In this document: positions 20,461-28,172 of the stretch, piece after piece
Position numbering within the stretch: the stretch's first letter is position 1
Layout: every line of letters begins with the position of its first letter
Virus record (IMG/VR): IMGVR_UViG_3300020471_000006
Location: 64,001 to 128,000 of that record
Reading direction: 5' to 3' (one strand)
DNA from: a virus
Taxonomy: Duplodnaviria > Caudoviricetes
DNA: 64,000 nt
Translations under genes and position numbers: made by a program
Notes under the pieces: generated by a model
Databases searched by the model: none
What the model saw: the letters and a program-made list of their open reading frames with translations, nothing else
What the model was told of the DNA's origin: nothing

Positions 20461-21236
20461 TCATACATGATGATGCATTAAATCATTTAACTAAGATGGA
20501 TGGAGATAGTATACACCTTACGTGTACATCTCCTCCATATTTTAATGCAAAGGCATACGCACAGTGGCCAACATATGATAAGTATCTACAATTCCTTGAG
20601 GATATATTCCGTGAAGTTCACAGAGTCACAGTACAAGGAAGGATGTGTGCTGTTAATTTATCACCAGTAATACAAGCACGTGAGTCAAGAGCACATGAAA
20701 GTAAGAGACTTGCGATACCATTCCACTTCTTTAGTATTATGGAGAGATTGGGATGGCAATACATTGATGATATTATATGGTTGAAACCAGAAGGATCTGC
20801 TGTTAATCGTAACGGTGGATTCTATCAGCATCGTAAACCAGTAGCATACAAACCAAATCTTGTTACAGAGACTATATTAATATTCAAGAAGCCTGCACCA
20901 TTCCTTATAGATAAGACAGTGCGTTCCTATGCTCCTGATATATTAGAACAATCATTAGTACCTGATGGTTATGAAAGATCAAATGTATGGCAGTTTAATC
21001 CTGAGACTACATCAAAGCATTTAGCACCATACCCTAAAGAACTATCAGATAAGATTGTACAATACTATTCATTTGTGAATGATGTTGTTCTTGATCCGTT
21101 CATGGGGTCAGGCACTACTGCGATATCATGTCTAGATCATGACAGAAAGTATATTGGTATTGAAATTCATGAAGAGTATGTTAAGATGGCAAATGATCGT
21201 ATTAAGCGTCACACACCACTTAAGAGGTTTCTATGA
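20457..21236 (+). CDS. Second DNA methyltransferase (N4-cytosine/N6-adenine, beta class)
   Basis: TSPPYFN, IIWLKPE, HLAPYP, VLDPFMGSGTTA; ATGA overlap with HNH stop. Confidence 0.92.
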   Translation: MIIHDDALNHLTKMDGDSIHLTCTSPPYFNAKAYAQWPTYDKYLQFLEDIFREVHRVTVQGRMCAVNLSPVIQARESRAHESKRLAIPFHFFSIMERLGWQYIDDIIWLKPEGSAVNRNGGFYQHRKPVAYKPNLVTETILIFKKPAPFLIDKTVRSYAPDILEQSLVPDGYERSNVWQFNPETTSKHLAPYPKELSDKIVQYYSFVNDVVLDPFMGSGTTAISCLDHDRKYIGIEIHEEYVKMANDRIKRHTPLKRFL

Positions 21237-21433
21237 AGGATCAACAGAGCATTGATGAACAGGAGACACATGATCAGAAATGGAATCGTGGACTGGATTT
21301 ATACATAGAATCAGTACACAAACCTGATAATCAGTTACGTGGTTGTGCTCATAACCAGAAGTGTTTCAATGAACTGATGGAAGTAAGAGCACATGTATTA
21401 GAATACTTAACGACCTTACGGAGACCAGTATGA
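21233..21433 (+). CDS. Hypothetical protein
   Basis: 66-aa ORF, ATGA overlaps both ends. Confidence 0.65.
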   Translation: MKDQQSIDEQETHDQKWNRGLDLYIESVHKPDNQLRGCAHNQKCFNELMEVRAHVLEYLTTLRRPV

Positions 21434-21783
21434 AAAGTAGAAGAACGATGTTAGCAGAAGCAATACAAATGTATCTTGATGATGCATCTGTTGATGAGTT
21501 TCATGCTGATCTAGAGTCAGAATTAGAGAGACTACAATCATATCATCAACAACATGCTGATGATGCTGCTAAAATGAGTGGCAAAGCACCCAAGACAGTC
21601 CTATTAAATGAAGAGGATTGGAATGAGTGGGGTCAAAACCCTGATTGGACACCACCACCTGAAGAAGGTTATGAGTATACTCCAACCACTATACCTGGTA
21701 AAGCAGAGCAAAAATCATATAATTATGCTGCTCACATTACTATGTCAGATATAGCAAAATTTCACAGGGGTAGCACCTTGTAG
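21430..21783 (+). CDS. Hypothetical acidic protein
   Basis: 117-aa ORF with ATGA overlap. Confidence 0.65.
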   Translation: MKSRRTMLAEAIQMYLDDASVDEFHADLESELERLQSYHQQHADDAAKMSGKAPKTVLLNEEDWNEWGQNPDWTPPPEEGYEYTPTTIPGKAEQKSYNYAAHITMSDIAKFHRGSTL

Positions 21784-21786
21784 TGT

Positions 21787-21841
21787 GACAGTTAACAAAC
21801 TGTTTCAAATTGGGTGACAATGGTCTGATCTGTACTATACT
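21787..21841 (+). promoter_or_regulatory. Palindrome-promoter cassette
   Basis: GACAGTT-AACA-AACTGTT, 31 nt, TATACT. Confidence 0.65.
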
Positions 21842-21863
21842 AGGTACATCAACAAGTTACCCA

Positions 21864-22022
21864 ATGAAAGTCACTTCAAAAACAAGAAGCACATCAAATG
21901 GGAAGATTATTATCTGCCCTTGTTGTGACCAACCATCAAGAGTATACCACTTTGCGTGGTCAGCACTCTCATGTGCTCACTGTGATGAATCTGTACCCAA
22001 ATTAGCATGGAACTTATTATGA
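21864..22022 (+). CDS. Small zinc-ribbon protein
   Basis: ATG 21864 downstream of promoter; CPCC...VYHFAWSALSCAHC. Confidence 0.65.
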   Translation: MKVTSKTRSTSNGKIIICPCCDQPSRVYHFAWSALSCAHCDESVPKLAWNLL

Positions 22023-22270
22023 ACGAATTGATCCAAGACTTCACTGATAACATTTCATATTGTAAACATGTTATTGGTTGTAATGAAGAGCAGACTGATG
22101 AACTCATTGCTGCTGCTGATGACTTAGGTTGTTCAGTTGAATATTTTTGTGAAGAGTTTATCGTTGCTCCCGATGGTGAACCATGTATGAAATATCAAGA
22201 CGGAGAATTCCTTGATATTGATACATTTAACACATATCATGGCATCTATTTTGAATATGAGGTAGATTAA
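22019..22270 (+). CDS. Hypothetical acidic protein
   Basis: ATGA overlap at 22019; in ORF track from 22007. Confidence 0.6.
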   Translation: MNELIQDFTDNISYCKHVIGCNEEQTDELIAAADDLGCSVEYFCEEFIVAPDGEPCMKYQDGEFLDIDTFNTYHGIYFEYEVD

Positions 22271-22488
22271 TGAGTTTGAAAGCAGATACTATTAGTAGGA
22301 TCATTGGGTCTATACTAATAGTAGTCTCTTATTTTGTTATACTGCATGTCAATGTGATTACTGGTACAGTATTACATGCATTTGCTGATGTGATCAGCAT
22401 ACCATATTTCATTCGTACTAAAGGATGGGATGTGGTTATTATGTTATCATTCATGACGTGCATTTCTGTAAGCAAGTTTGCTTTATAA
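22270..22488 (+). CDS. Small membrane protein
   Basis: Hydrophobic stretches IIGSILIVVSYFVILHV and VVIMLSFMTCISV; TAATG overlap. Confidence 0.65.
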   Translation: MSLKADTISRIIGSILIVVSYFVILHVNVITGTVLHAFADVISIPYFIRTKGWDVVIMLSFMTCISVSKFAL

Positions 22489-22490
22489 CA

Positions 22491-22685
22491 ATGCCAAAGA
22501 AGTTTCCTTTTTCGATAGGTGATCGTGTACGATTCAATGATGATGAAGGGTTCATCACATTTATAGACACAGCGTACTTTACGTTGTGTGTTAGAGAGTG
22601 GGAGGATAAGACTAAGCGTAATGGTGTAGGTCAGGTCAATGTTTTAATATACAGGTCATACTGGGATAAAGTAGAAAGACTGTGA
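22491..22685 (+). CDS. Hypothetical protein (SH3/KOW-like beta pattern)
   Basis: ATG 22491; FSIGDRVRFNDDEGFITFID. Confidence 0.55.
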   Translation: MPKKFPFSIGDRVRFNDDEGFITFIDTAYFTLCVREWEDKTKRNGVGQVNVLIYRSYWDKVERL

Positions 22686-22738
22686 CACTCAAGAGAGTGT
22701 CCACATTCTATTGCATCCGCTTTTGTATGCACTATAAT
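22684..22738 (+). promoter_or_regulatory. Palindrome-promoter cassette
   Basis: GACACTC-AAGA-GAGTGTC, TTGCAT at 22711, TATAAT at 22733, then AAGGAAC ribosome site. Confidence 0.75.
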
Positions 22739-22763
22739 AAGTACATAACAAACAAAGGAACAC

Positions 22764-22991
22764 ATGACTAGACCAGAATTCGTTGAGTATGTTGAATCAT
22801 TCTACTTACCAACACATGAAGATGTATTATATCCTATTGAAGGATTAACTAGTCAGAAGATTGAAGATGCACTTGATGTGTACATTGAGAGAATTGAGAA
22901 AGGTGACCTAGAGTATGTACATTACTCATGGGGTGGTGGTGATAGTTTAGACAGAGAAAGAGTAAGAGATATCATACTAGAGACAGTTTAA
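22764..22991 (+). CDS. Hypothetical acidic protein
   Basis: 75 aa, AAAGGAA upstream of ATG. Confidence 0.7.
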   Translation: MTRPEFVEYVESFYLPTHEDVLYPIEGLTSQKIEDALDVYIERIEKGDLEYVHYSWGGGDSLDRERVRDIILETV

Positions 22992-23037
22992 TTACTGTCA
23001 CACACTCTGTTGCATTCATGCAACCATCCATTATAAT
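22982..23037 (+). promoter_or_regulatory. Palindrome-promoter cassette
   Basis: GACAGTT-TAAT-TACTGTC, TTGCAT at 23010, TATAAT at 23032; downstream TATAATAAGTACAT..AAAGGAACAC nearly identical to the previous cassette. Confidence 0.75.
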
Positions 23038-23064
23038 AAGTACATCAACCAAAGGAACACTACC

Positions 23065-23463
23065 ATGACCGTAGCAGAAAGAACTCAAGACCTAGTAAAT
23101 GCTCTTGAGAATAACTACAAAGAATACACAAGACAGGGATACATCAGAAATCCATGTGATTATAGTTTAAGGAAACTTGAAGAGATTGACAACGGCACTG
23201 CTAAACTAGTTAAGTTTAGAATACAAAGTGGTCGCAAGTATTACAAACTAATTCAACAGGACTATGATACATTCCAAGATAGAAATGAGTATCGTGATGG
23301 TGGTGTACATGCATTTGTAGATAAAAAGACAGGTGATGTGTTCAAACCAGCAGGTTGGCAAGGACCAGCAAAGTATGCTAGATATAATTTGTTAGATGAA
23401 ACATCTTATCAAAAAGCATTAGCAAGAGCAGATTGGGCAGGTGGTTATCTCTATTTGAGATAA
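23065..23463 (+). CDS. Conserved phage hypothetical protein
   Basis: GRKYYKL...VHAFVDKKTGDVFKPAGWQGPAKYARYNL...DWAGGYLY motif recognised from other phage proteins (recall, not searched). Confidence 0.75.
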   Translation: MTVAERTQDLVNALENNYKEYTRQGYIRNPCDYSLRKLEEIDNGTAKLVKFRIQSGRKYYKLIQQDYDTFQDRNEYRDGGVHAFVDKKTGDVFKPAGWQGPAKYARYNLLDETSYQKALARADWAGGYLYLR

Positions 23464-23526
23464 TAATAGAGGCAAGGATCTATGGTTGTCTGTGTTCAGC
23501 ATGGAAATTACGTCCTGTAAGTCCTC

Positions 23527-23555
23527 TTGACTTTCTACTCATTCTCTGTTACACT
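23527..23555 (+). promoter_or_regulatory. Sigma70-type promoter
   Basis: TTGACT-17 nt-TACACT. Confidence 0.6.
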
Positions 23556-23576
23556 ACAATTAGCACTTTTATCATC

Positions 23577-23870
23577 ATGTCAAAAAAGTTCTACAATCAA
23601 CAATTAAAAGCACAACGCTTGTCACCACTGGTAGTATCTCATGTTAAAGAATTACTCTCTCCTATTGATACGAACAACCAACGCTCTGCATTTACCGTTC
23701 GTATTAATACTAACGCTGATCCTGAGTCTAGAGATTACAGAGCATTTTGGAATTACCAATCTCGTTTCACTCTTGAGTTTGTTAAAGCAGTAGAGTCCTT
23801 GATACCACAGGGTTTACGCCTTGTTGAGTATGATCATTTGAATAATAAACTATCATTGGAGCGTGTGTAA
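23577..23870 (+). CDS. Hypothetical protein
   Basis: ATG 23577 just downstream of the promoter; the longer start at 23433 would overlap the upstream gene and promoter. Confidence 0.65.
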   Translation: MSKKFYNQQLKAQRLSPLVVSHVKELLSPIDTNNQRSAFTVRINTNADPESRDYRAFWNYQSRFTLEFVKAVESLIPQGLRLVEYDHLNNKLSLERV

Positions 23871-24104
23871 ATGGACATTATTCTAGAAAGATTTCCGTAT
23901 CGATACGTACAGGATGGTACACTTGAAATCAATGGTAAACCAGACTATCGTATTCAGAAATTCAATGAGTATACTAGACGATACAATGACATGTATTATC
24001 TAGATAATGCAATGCAATTAGATGCATGCTTAGAAGACGTAGAGTACACCAAATGGTTAGATCCAGCAGGTGTTCCAGCATATAGGCATGAAGAAGATGA
24101 ATAA
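23871..24104 (+). CDS. Conserved cyanophage hypothetical protein
   Basis: LERFPYRYVQ...NGKPDYRIQK...MYYLDN...EYTKWLDP. Confidence 0.75.
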   Translation: MDIILERFPYRYVQDGTLEINGKPDYRIQKFNEYTRRYNDMYYLDNAMQLDACLEDVEYTKWLDPAGVPAYRHEEDE

Positions 24105-24324
24105 CATTGATGCACTACGCATCTCTCAACAGAGGGATGCGATTTGTGATTGGGTTGAAGATCGATTCTTCCAATTAATTAAGGAAGAACGACATGATGA
24201 TGCCATAGATTTTGCTGATGAGTATATTGAGTGGATGAATCCCGACTTATACATAAACGAGTCCACTCATTTTTATAACGCAAATGAGCTCACTGAACTC
24301 TATGAATCAATCACAAATGGATGA
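24097..24324 (+). CDS. Hypothetical protein
   Basis: In ORF track from 24070; likely ATG 24097. Confidence 0.6.
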   Translation: MNNIDALRISQQRDAICDWVEDRFFQLIKEERHDDAIDFADEYIEWMNPDLYINESTHFYNANELTELYESITNG

Positions 24325-24451
24325 CTCCATGAGAGAACTGGTTCTACAATATTGTGAGGCACAAGCCAATCATGATGATGAACTAGCACAACGTATTCTA
24401 GCAGAGATTGAAATGATTAACAAACTTTGCAATAAAAAGACACATGACTGA
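24317..24451 (+). CDS. Microprotein, 44 aa
   Basis: Hand-translated MDDSMRELVLQYCEAQANHDDELAQRILAEIEMINKLCNKKTHD; 8-nt overlaps with both neighbours. Confidence 0.5.
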   Translation: MDDSMRELVLQYCEAQANHDDELAQRILAEIEMINKLCNKKTHD

Positions 24452-24608
24452 TGTTAATGGTTGGGAGAGAGAATACCTCTCGGATGCATTTAATGTGATT
24501 AGCAAGCGAGAGAGGCAGATCCTTGAAGGATCACCTCTCAAATCACATGAAGGCATGATTTATGGTAAAATGTATGCTGCATGGAAGAAACAACATGATA
24601 TACCTTGA
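24444..24608 (+). CDS. Microprotein, 54 aa
   Basis: Hand-translated MTDVNGWEREYLSDAFNVISKRERQILEGSPLKSHEGMIYGKMYAAWKKQHDIP. Confidence 0.55.
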   Translation: MTDVNGWEREYLSDAFNVISKRERQILEGSPLKSHEGMIYGKMYAAWKKQHDIP

Positions 24609-25182
24609 GAATGCAAATGTTAGTGAAGTATTCAGTGATTTCATAATTGATGTTGAATTTGATAATGATTTAAAACAACTTACTGATGATGTCTATAAGT
24701 TGAAGGATCAGTATACTTCTCAAGGATACAGCAACGTCGGAGGTTGGCAGTCGCCAGGATTTTCACCTCAATCACAAGTCCCAGAAAGTCTCTCTAAACT
24801 ACAGTGGGATGTGTATGAATTTGTTCATACTGTTATTGGTAGAAGATTTAACAAATCTATTAGTAAAGAACAAATAGGTTGGTGGACTAGTATTAATGAG
24901 AAGCATTGCTATAATAGTATACATCATCATGGTCGAACAGATGTGATTGCGATAGCGTACATAAAAGCACAACCTAACAGTGGTGATCTTGTAGTATCTC
25001 GCAATGACGGTTCAACTTACACACGATTAGATGATGATAACACTTATTCAATACCTGCTAATGCTGGTAGGTTAATTGTATTACCAGGTCATGTATGGCA
25101 TTACGTCAATGAGAATAATAATAATGATGATCGCATAAGTGTATCATATAACTTTTATGTACAATTAAAGTGGAATGGTTAA
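24595..25182 (+). CDS. 2OG-Fe(II) oxygenase-like protein (TIGR02466-type)
   Basis: GWQS, WTSINEK, HHHG, GDLVV, LIVLPGHVWHYV, RISVSYNF; likely ATG 24595. Confidence 0.8.
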   Translation: MIYLENANVSEVFSDFIIDVEFDNDLKQLTDDVYKLKDQYTSQGYSNVGGWQSPGFSPQSQVPESLSKLQWDVYEFVHTVIGRRFNKSISKEQIGWWTSINEKHCYNSIHHHGRTDVIAIAYIKAQPNSGDLVVSRNDGSTYTRLDDDNTYSIPANAGRLIVLPGHVWHYVNENNNNDDRISVSYNFYVQLKWNG

Positions 25183-25184
25183 CG

Positions 25185-25310
25185 ATGGTAGTCATTAATG
25201 CTGAGAACATAAGATTATTCATTATCATGGTGTTGGGTGGTGTCTGGTTATATCTGCTGATCGAAACACTAGCAGAAGAATCAGTAAAGAACGATAAACG
25301 AAACAGATAG
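25185..25310 (+). CDS. Single-pass membrane microprotein, 41 aa
   Basis: Hand-translated MVVINAENIRLFIIMVLGGVWLYLLIETLAEESVKNDKRNR. Confidence 0.45.
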   Translation: MVVINAENIRLFIIMVLGGVWLYLLIETLAEESVKNDKRNR

Positions 25311-25336
25311 ATATATTATACCACGAGAGTATTACA

Positions 25337-25498
25337 ATGTCACATTACGTTGTTGGTTATCACGACTACGAAATGCATACACACGAGGTGTGTGAATATG
25401 CAAAAGACTCATACGAAGCAAGATCCGAAGCAATTGAGGATGTACCATATATTCATGAACACCCAAACTGTATCGATTATATCTTAGAGGAGAAATAG
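25337..25498 (+). CDS. Microprotein, 53 aa
   Basis: Hand-translated MSHYVVGYHDYEMHTHEVCEYAKDSYEARSEAIEDVPYIHEHPNCIDYILEEK; GAGAG upstream. Confidence 0.65.
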   Translation: MSHYVVGYHDYEMHTHEVCEYAKDSYEARSEAIEDVPYIHEHPNCIDYILEEK

Positions 25499-25543
25499 GC
25501 ATAAATTCTTGTTACATACAGAGAGAATTGTCACACATCCCAC

Positions 25544-25550
25544 ATAAATA
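25544..25550 (+). promoter_or_regulatory. Candidate late promoter (ATAAATA)
   Basis: Intergenic ATAAATA 73 nt before the ATG at 25624. Confidence 0.5.
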
Positions 25551-25623
25551 GTGGTAGAATTAGGAAAACAAGATGCACCCAAAGTCACTTTGTTATGTTT
25601 TTAATTCACTTACGAGGTAGTAT

Positions 25624-25788
25624 ATGCATAATCTCATCTCTCAGAATCAATTAGCAGATTGGAATCACATCGAATCAGATGTTACACAAGATAGACTGGT
25701 CGATCTCAATGATTACTACGACTGTATTATAGATGAAGAGATGAATCACGGCGATAAACGAATATGTAGAAGTTTACTGCCACGCTAA
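25624..25788 (+). CDS. Two-cysteine microprotein, 54 aa
   Basis: Hand-translated MHNLISQNQLADW...NDYYDC...DKRICRSLLPR; GAGGT ribosome site at ~25614. Confidence 0.65.
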   Translation: MHNLISQNQLADWNHIESDVTQDRLVDLNDYYDCIIDEEMNHGDKRICRSLLPR

Positions 25789-25807
25789 TAAAATTAAATA
25801 TCACAAC

Positions 25808-25842
25808 AAACCCTTGACTTATTCAGTCAGGGGTTTTATAAT
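25808..25842 (+). promoter_or_regulatory. Sigma70-type promoter with -35 embedded in a hairpin
   Basis: AAACCCTTGAC-TTATTCA-GTCAGGGGTTT; TTGACT(25814)-17 nt-TATAAT(25837). Confidence 0.7.
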
Positions 25843-25863
25843 GGAATGAAATACTATAATATT

Positions 25864-26082
25864 ATGTTAGACAAGACAAAGATACGTGCTCAAATGAAAA
25901 GTAGATGGTACTATTTCTTTTGGAGTTCAGCAACTGTATCAGTTCTGCTAGGTCAATTATATGTTGGTAATGGTTACAGAATGTATTCAAAAGCATTGAT
26001 GACAATATTTGAATCAATTGCAATTGAATACGATAGATCACCAACAGGACCATATGAGTATATCTCAAATGATCGTCACTGA
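25864..26082 (+). CDS. Small membrane protein
   Basis: KIRAQMKSRWYYFFWSSATVSVLLGQLYVG; likely ATG 25864. Confidence 0.65.
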   Translation: MLDKTKIRAQMKSRWYYFFWSSATVSVLLGQLYVGNGYRMYSKALMTIFESIAIEYDRSPTGPYEYISNDRH

Positions 26083-26599
26083 ACAACATGAAATAATAAT
26101 ATCAACAGTACCACATCATAAGACATTAAATAAAAGACTTATGCGTGATGCTGATGAATGTGAGTATGATTTATCATATCAAACAAATGTTATGGCTAAG
26201 CACACTGCTTGGCAAACATACTCACCAAATATTACTATCATTCAGAACTATGTGCATGATGCCATCTTATCAATTCCTGGTATTGATGAACAATATTGGA
26301 TAGACATGAGATGGAGTCATATTGATACGTGGTTTTCTAAGTATGATCATGATGAGTATGCTAGAAAGCACTGTCATCATCCAAATGCATGGGGTTGGGT
26401 ATATTTTGTGAATACACCCGAAGGATCATCACCACTAGTATTATCTACAAGTAACACAGAGATTGAAGCAGTAGCAGGTAAAATAGTAATATTTCCTGCA
26501 TGTATTATGCATCACGTCCCTATGAATAAATGTTTGAATAGAATAGTATTAGCAGGTAATGTTGGATTTGATCGTAAACTACACAATTTAAAATTATGA
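26069..26599 (+). CDS. 2OG-Fe(II) oxygenase-like protein
   Basis: TWFSKY, HCH, WVYFV, IVIFPACIMHHVP, RIVLAGN; start probably 26054 or 26069. Confidence 0.8.
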   Translation: MIVTEQHEIIISTVPHHKTLNKRLMRDADECEYDLSYQTNVMAKHTAWQTYSPNITIIQNYVHDAILSIPGIDEQYWIDMRWSHIDTWFSKYDHDEYARKHCHHPNAWGWVYFVNTPEGSSPLVLSTSNTEIEAVAGKIVIFPACIMHHVPMNKCLNRIVLAGNVGFDRKLHNLKL

Positions 26600-27165
26600 C
26601 AACTGGTCAGTGGTTTCCCCTCCCATTATATGAATATCAATGTGAGAGTATAAAAGAAAGGAAAGACTTGAACAATGATCTTCCATTGAGTGAGTTTACC
26701 CATCGTGAAGGTTGGAGTGCTGATACACATCAACTCACACCTCATCCATTTGAGTCAAATGTAATAGAAAACTCACACGTGTTTCAATCATTTCTTAAAA
26801 CACATGTACATAAGTATCTGTCTGAAATTGGTATCAAACACATAGATGAGTATTATATTAACAACTCATGGTACACGTCAACTACAAATGGACAGTATGC
26901 TCACCTACACAGTCATGGTGGCAGTGATATTTCTGGGGTGTATTATATAAGTACTAACCAGAGGGATGGTAATATATATTTTCATTCACCCCATTACGTG
27001 AGTGAGAATAATTATATCATTGCACATTTGGATATGGCACGACAAGTCACACCATCTAAAGGTAAATTGTTGTTATGGCCCTCATTCTTAATGCATGGTA
27101 CACGTATGAATGAAACAAATCACAATCGTGTATCATTATCATTTAATATAACATTCAGACGATGA
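26596..27165 (+). CDS. 2OG-Fe(II) oxygenase-like protein (TIGR02466-type)
   Basis: WFPLPLY, HSHGGSDISGVYY, LLLWPSFLMHGT, RVSLSFNI. Confidence 0.85.
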   Translation: MTTGQWFPLPLYEYQCESIKERKDLNNDLPLSEFTHREGWSADTHQLTPHPFESNVIENSHVFQSFLKTHVHKYLSEIGIKHIDEYYINNSWYTSTTNGQYAHLHSHGGSDISGVYYISTNQRDGNIYFHSPHYVSENNYIIAHLDMARQVTPSKGKLLLWPSFLMHGTRMNETNHNRVSLSFNITFRR

Positions 27166-27419
27166 AATCAATTCAATTAACAGACAAACAACTCAACATA
27201 CTCATTCAATTAGTTAATTGTGAACAGTATACTGTCACTGATGATAATTTGAATGAAGAGTTAAATGATTTAAGACGTGCATTACAATCACGTCCTAATC
27301 CCAGACAACAAATAAATGCTGAATATCAATCAAGACATCAATATATGCCTGAGTTTGAATCAACAGCACAAAATATAGTTGAAAGACACACACCTATGCC
27401 ACCTAACTATCCACAATGA
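27162..27419 (+). CDS. Hypothetical protein
   Basis: 85 aa, ATGA overlaps. Confidence 0.55.
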   Translation: MKSIQLTDKQLNILIQLVNCEQYTVTDDNLNEELNDLRRALQSRPNPRQQINAEYQSRHQYMPEFESTAQNIVERHTPMPPNYPQ

Positions 27420-27577
27420 GAACACAAAACAAAGAGAATTACTATTACATTTTCTGGGTAATAGCAATGTTAGCATTCATAGCACCCCAAGTATTCACTG
27501 CATACACAGTACAATCAGTATTGGATAGATTAAATGAACCAATACAAATACAATTAGTAAGAGGTAAACTACGTTGA
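27416..27577 (+). CDS. Single-pass membrane microprotein, 53 aa
   Basis: Hand-translated MRTQNKENYYYIFWVIAMLAFIAPQVFTAYTVQSVLDRLNEPIQIQLVRGKLR. Confidence 0.6.
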   Translation: MRTQNKENYYYIFWVIAMLAFIAPQVFTAYTVQSVLDRLNEPIQIQLVRGKLR

Positions 27578-27579
27578 AG

Positions 27580-27777
27580 ATGAACAATCAAACTAAATTG
27601 TTATTTGCATTAGAACATATAGCACACTTAGAGGATTTATTTGAAGATAATGCAGATGGAGCATTACTATCAGCATCACTCAGAGATATCAAATTTATAC
27701 TGGATAGACAGTATAACACACTACATAAACGTAGGCAACCAGGACATCAATATCGTTTGGATGAATTACAGGAATAG
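27580..27777 (+). CDS. Hypothetical protein
   Basis: MNNQTKLLFALEHIAHLEDL...; ATG 27580. Confidence 0.65.
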   Translation: MNNQTKLLFALEHIAHLEDLFEDNADGALLSASLRDIKFILDRQYNTLHKRRQPGHQYRLDELQE

Positions 27778-27779
27778 TA

Positions 27780-28172
27780 CAGTTGTTCTATGTACATCCG
27801 CACATTGGTATCACTGAGTTTTCCACAGTTTTTTGAGGTGTTGTGGAAAACATTTAAAATATATTAAAAAATATAAGTAACGTGCTCTCATGATGTTGTC
27901 TTAGGCCGCCCTCGACCGAATGTCAAGTCACCTTGTGCCAGTTCTTTTAGTGTCACACAAACCCTCGAAAAGACACGAAAGCACACTATAATAAAAGAGT
28001 AGTTCGGAGGATTAGCACTTTTATGACTTTTTGAGTTTTTCACAACCCTGTGGAAAACAAAAAGACGAAAAAATGGGTTTTTAAGCTTTTTAAGAAGTTT
28101 AAGAAGGCTATTTTTTCATATTTTGCGATTTTTCGAGTTTTTTCGAGTTTAACTTAACACAAACGCCCTAAA
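27780..28172. other. Origin-like non-coding block
   Basis: ~390 nt without ORF; two inverted pairs of TTTT(C/T)CACA, AT-rich stretch 27852-27880, tandem 10-mers TTTCGAGTTT, divergent promoter-like elements. Confidence 0.5.
27937..27992 (+). promoter_or_regulatory. Palindrome-promoter cassette (degenerate right arm)
   Basis: GCCAGTT-CTTT-TAGTGTC, 32 nt, TATAAT at 27987. Confidence 0.6.

Noticed and set aside
25624-25788. CP12
   Set aside because: Lacks the AWD-x-VEE core and the C-terminal C-x3-P-x4-C motif.
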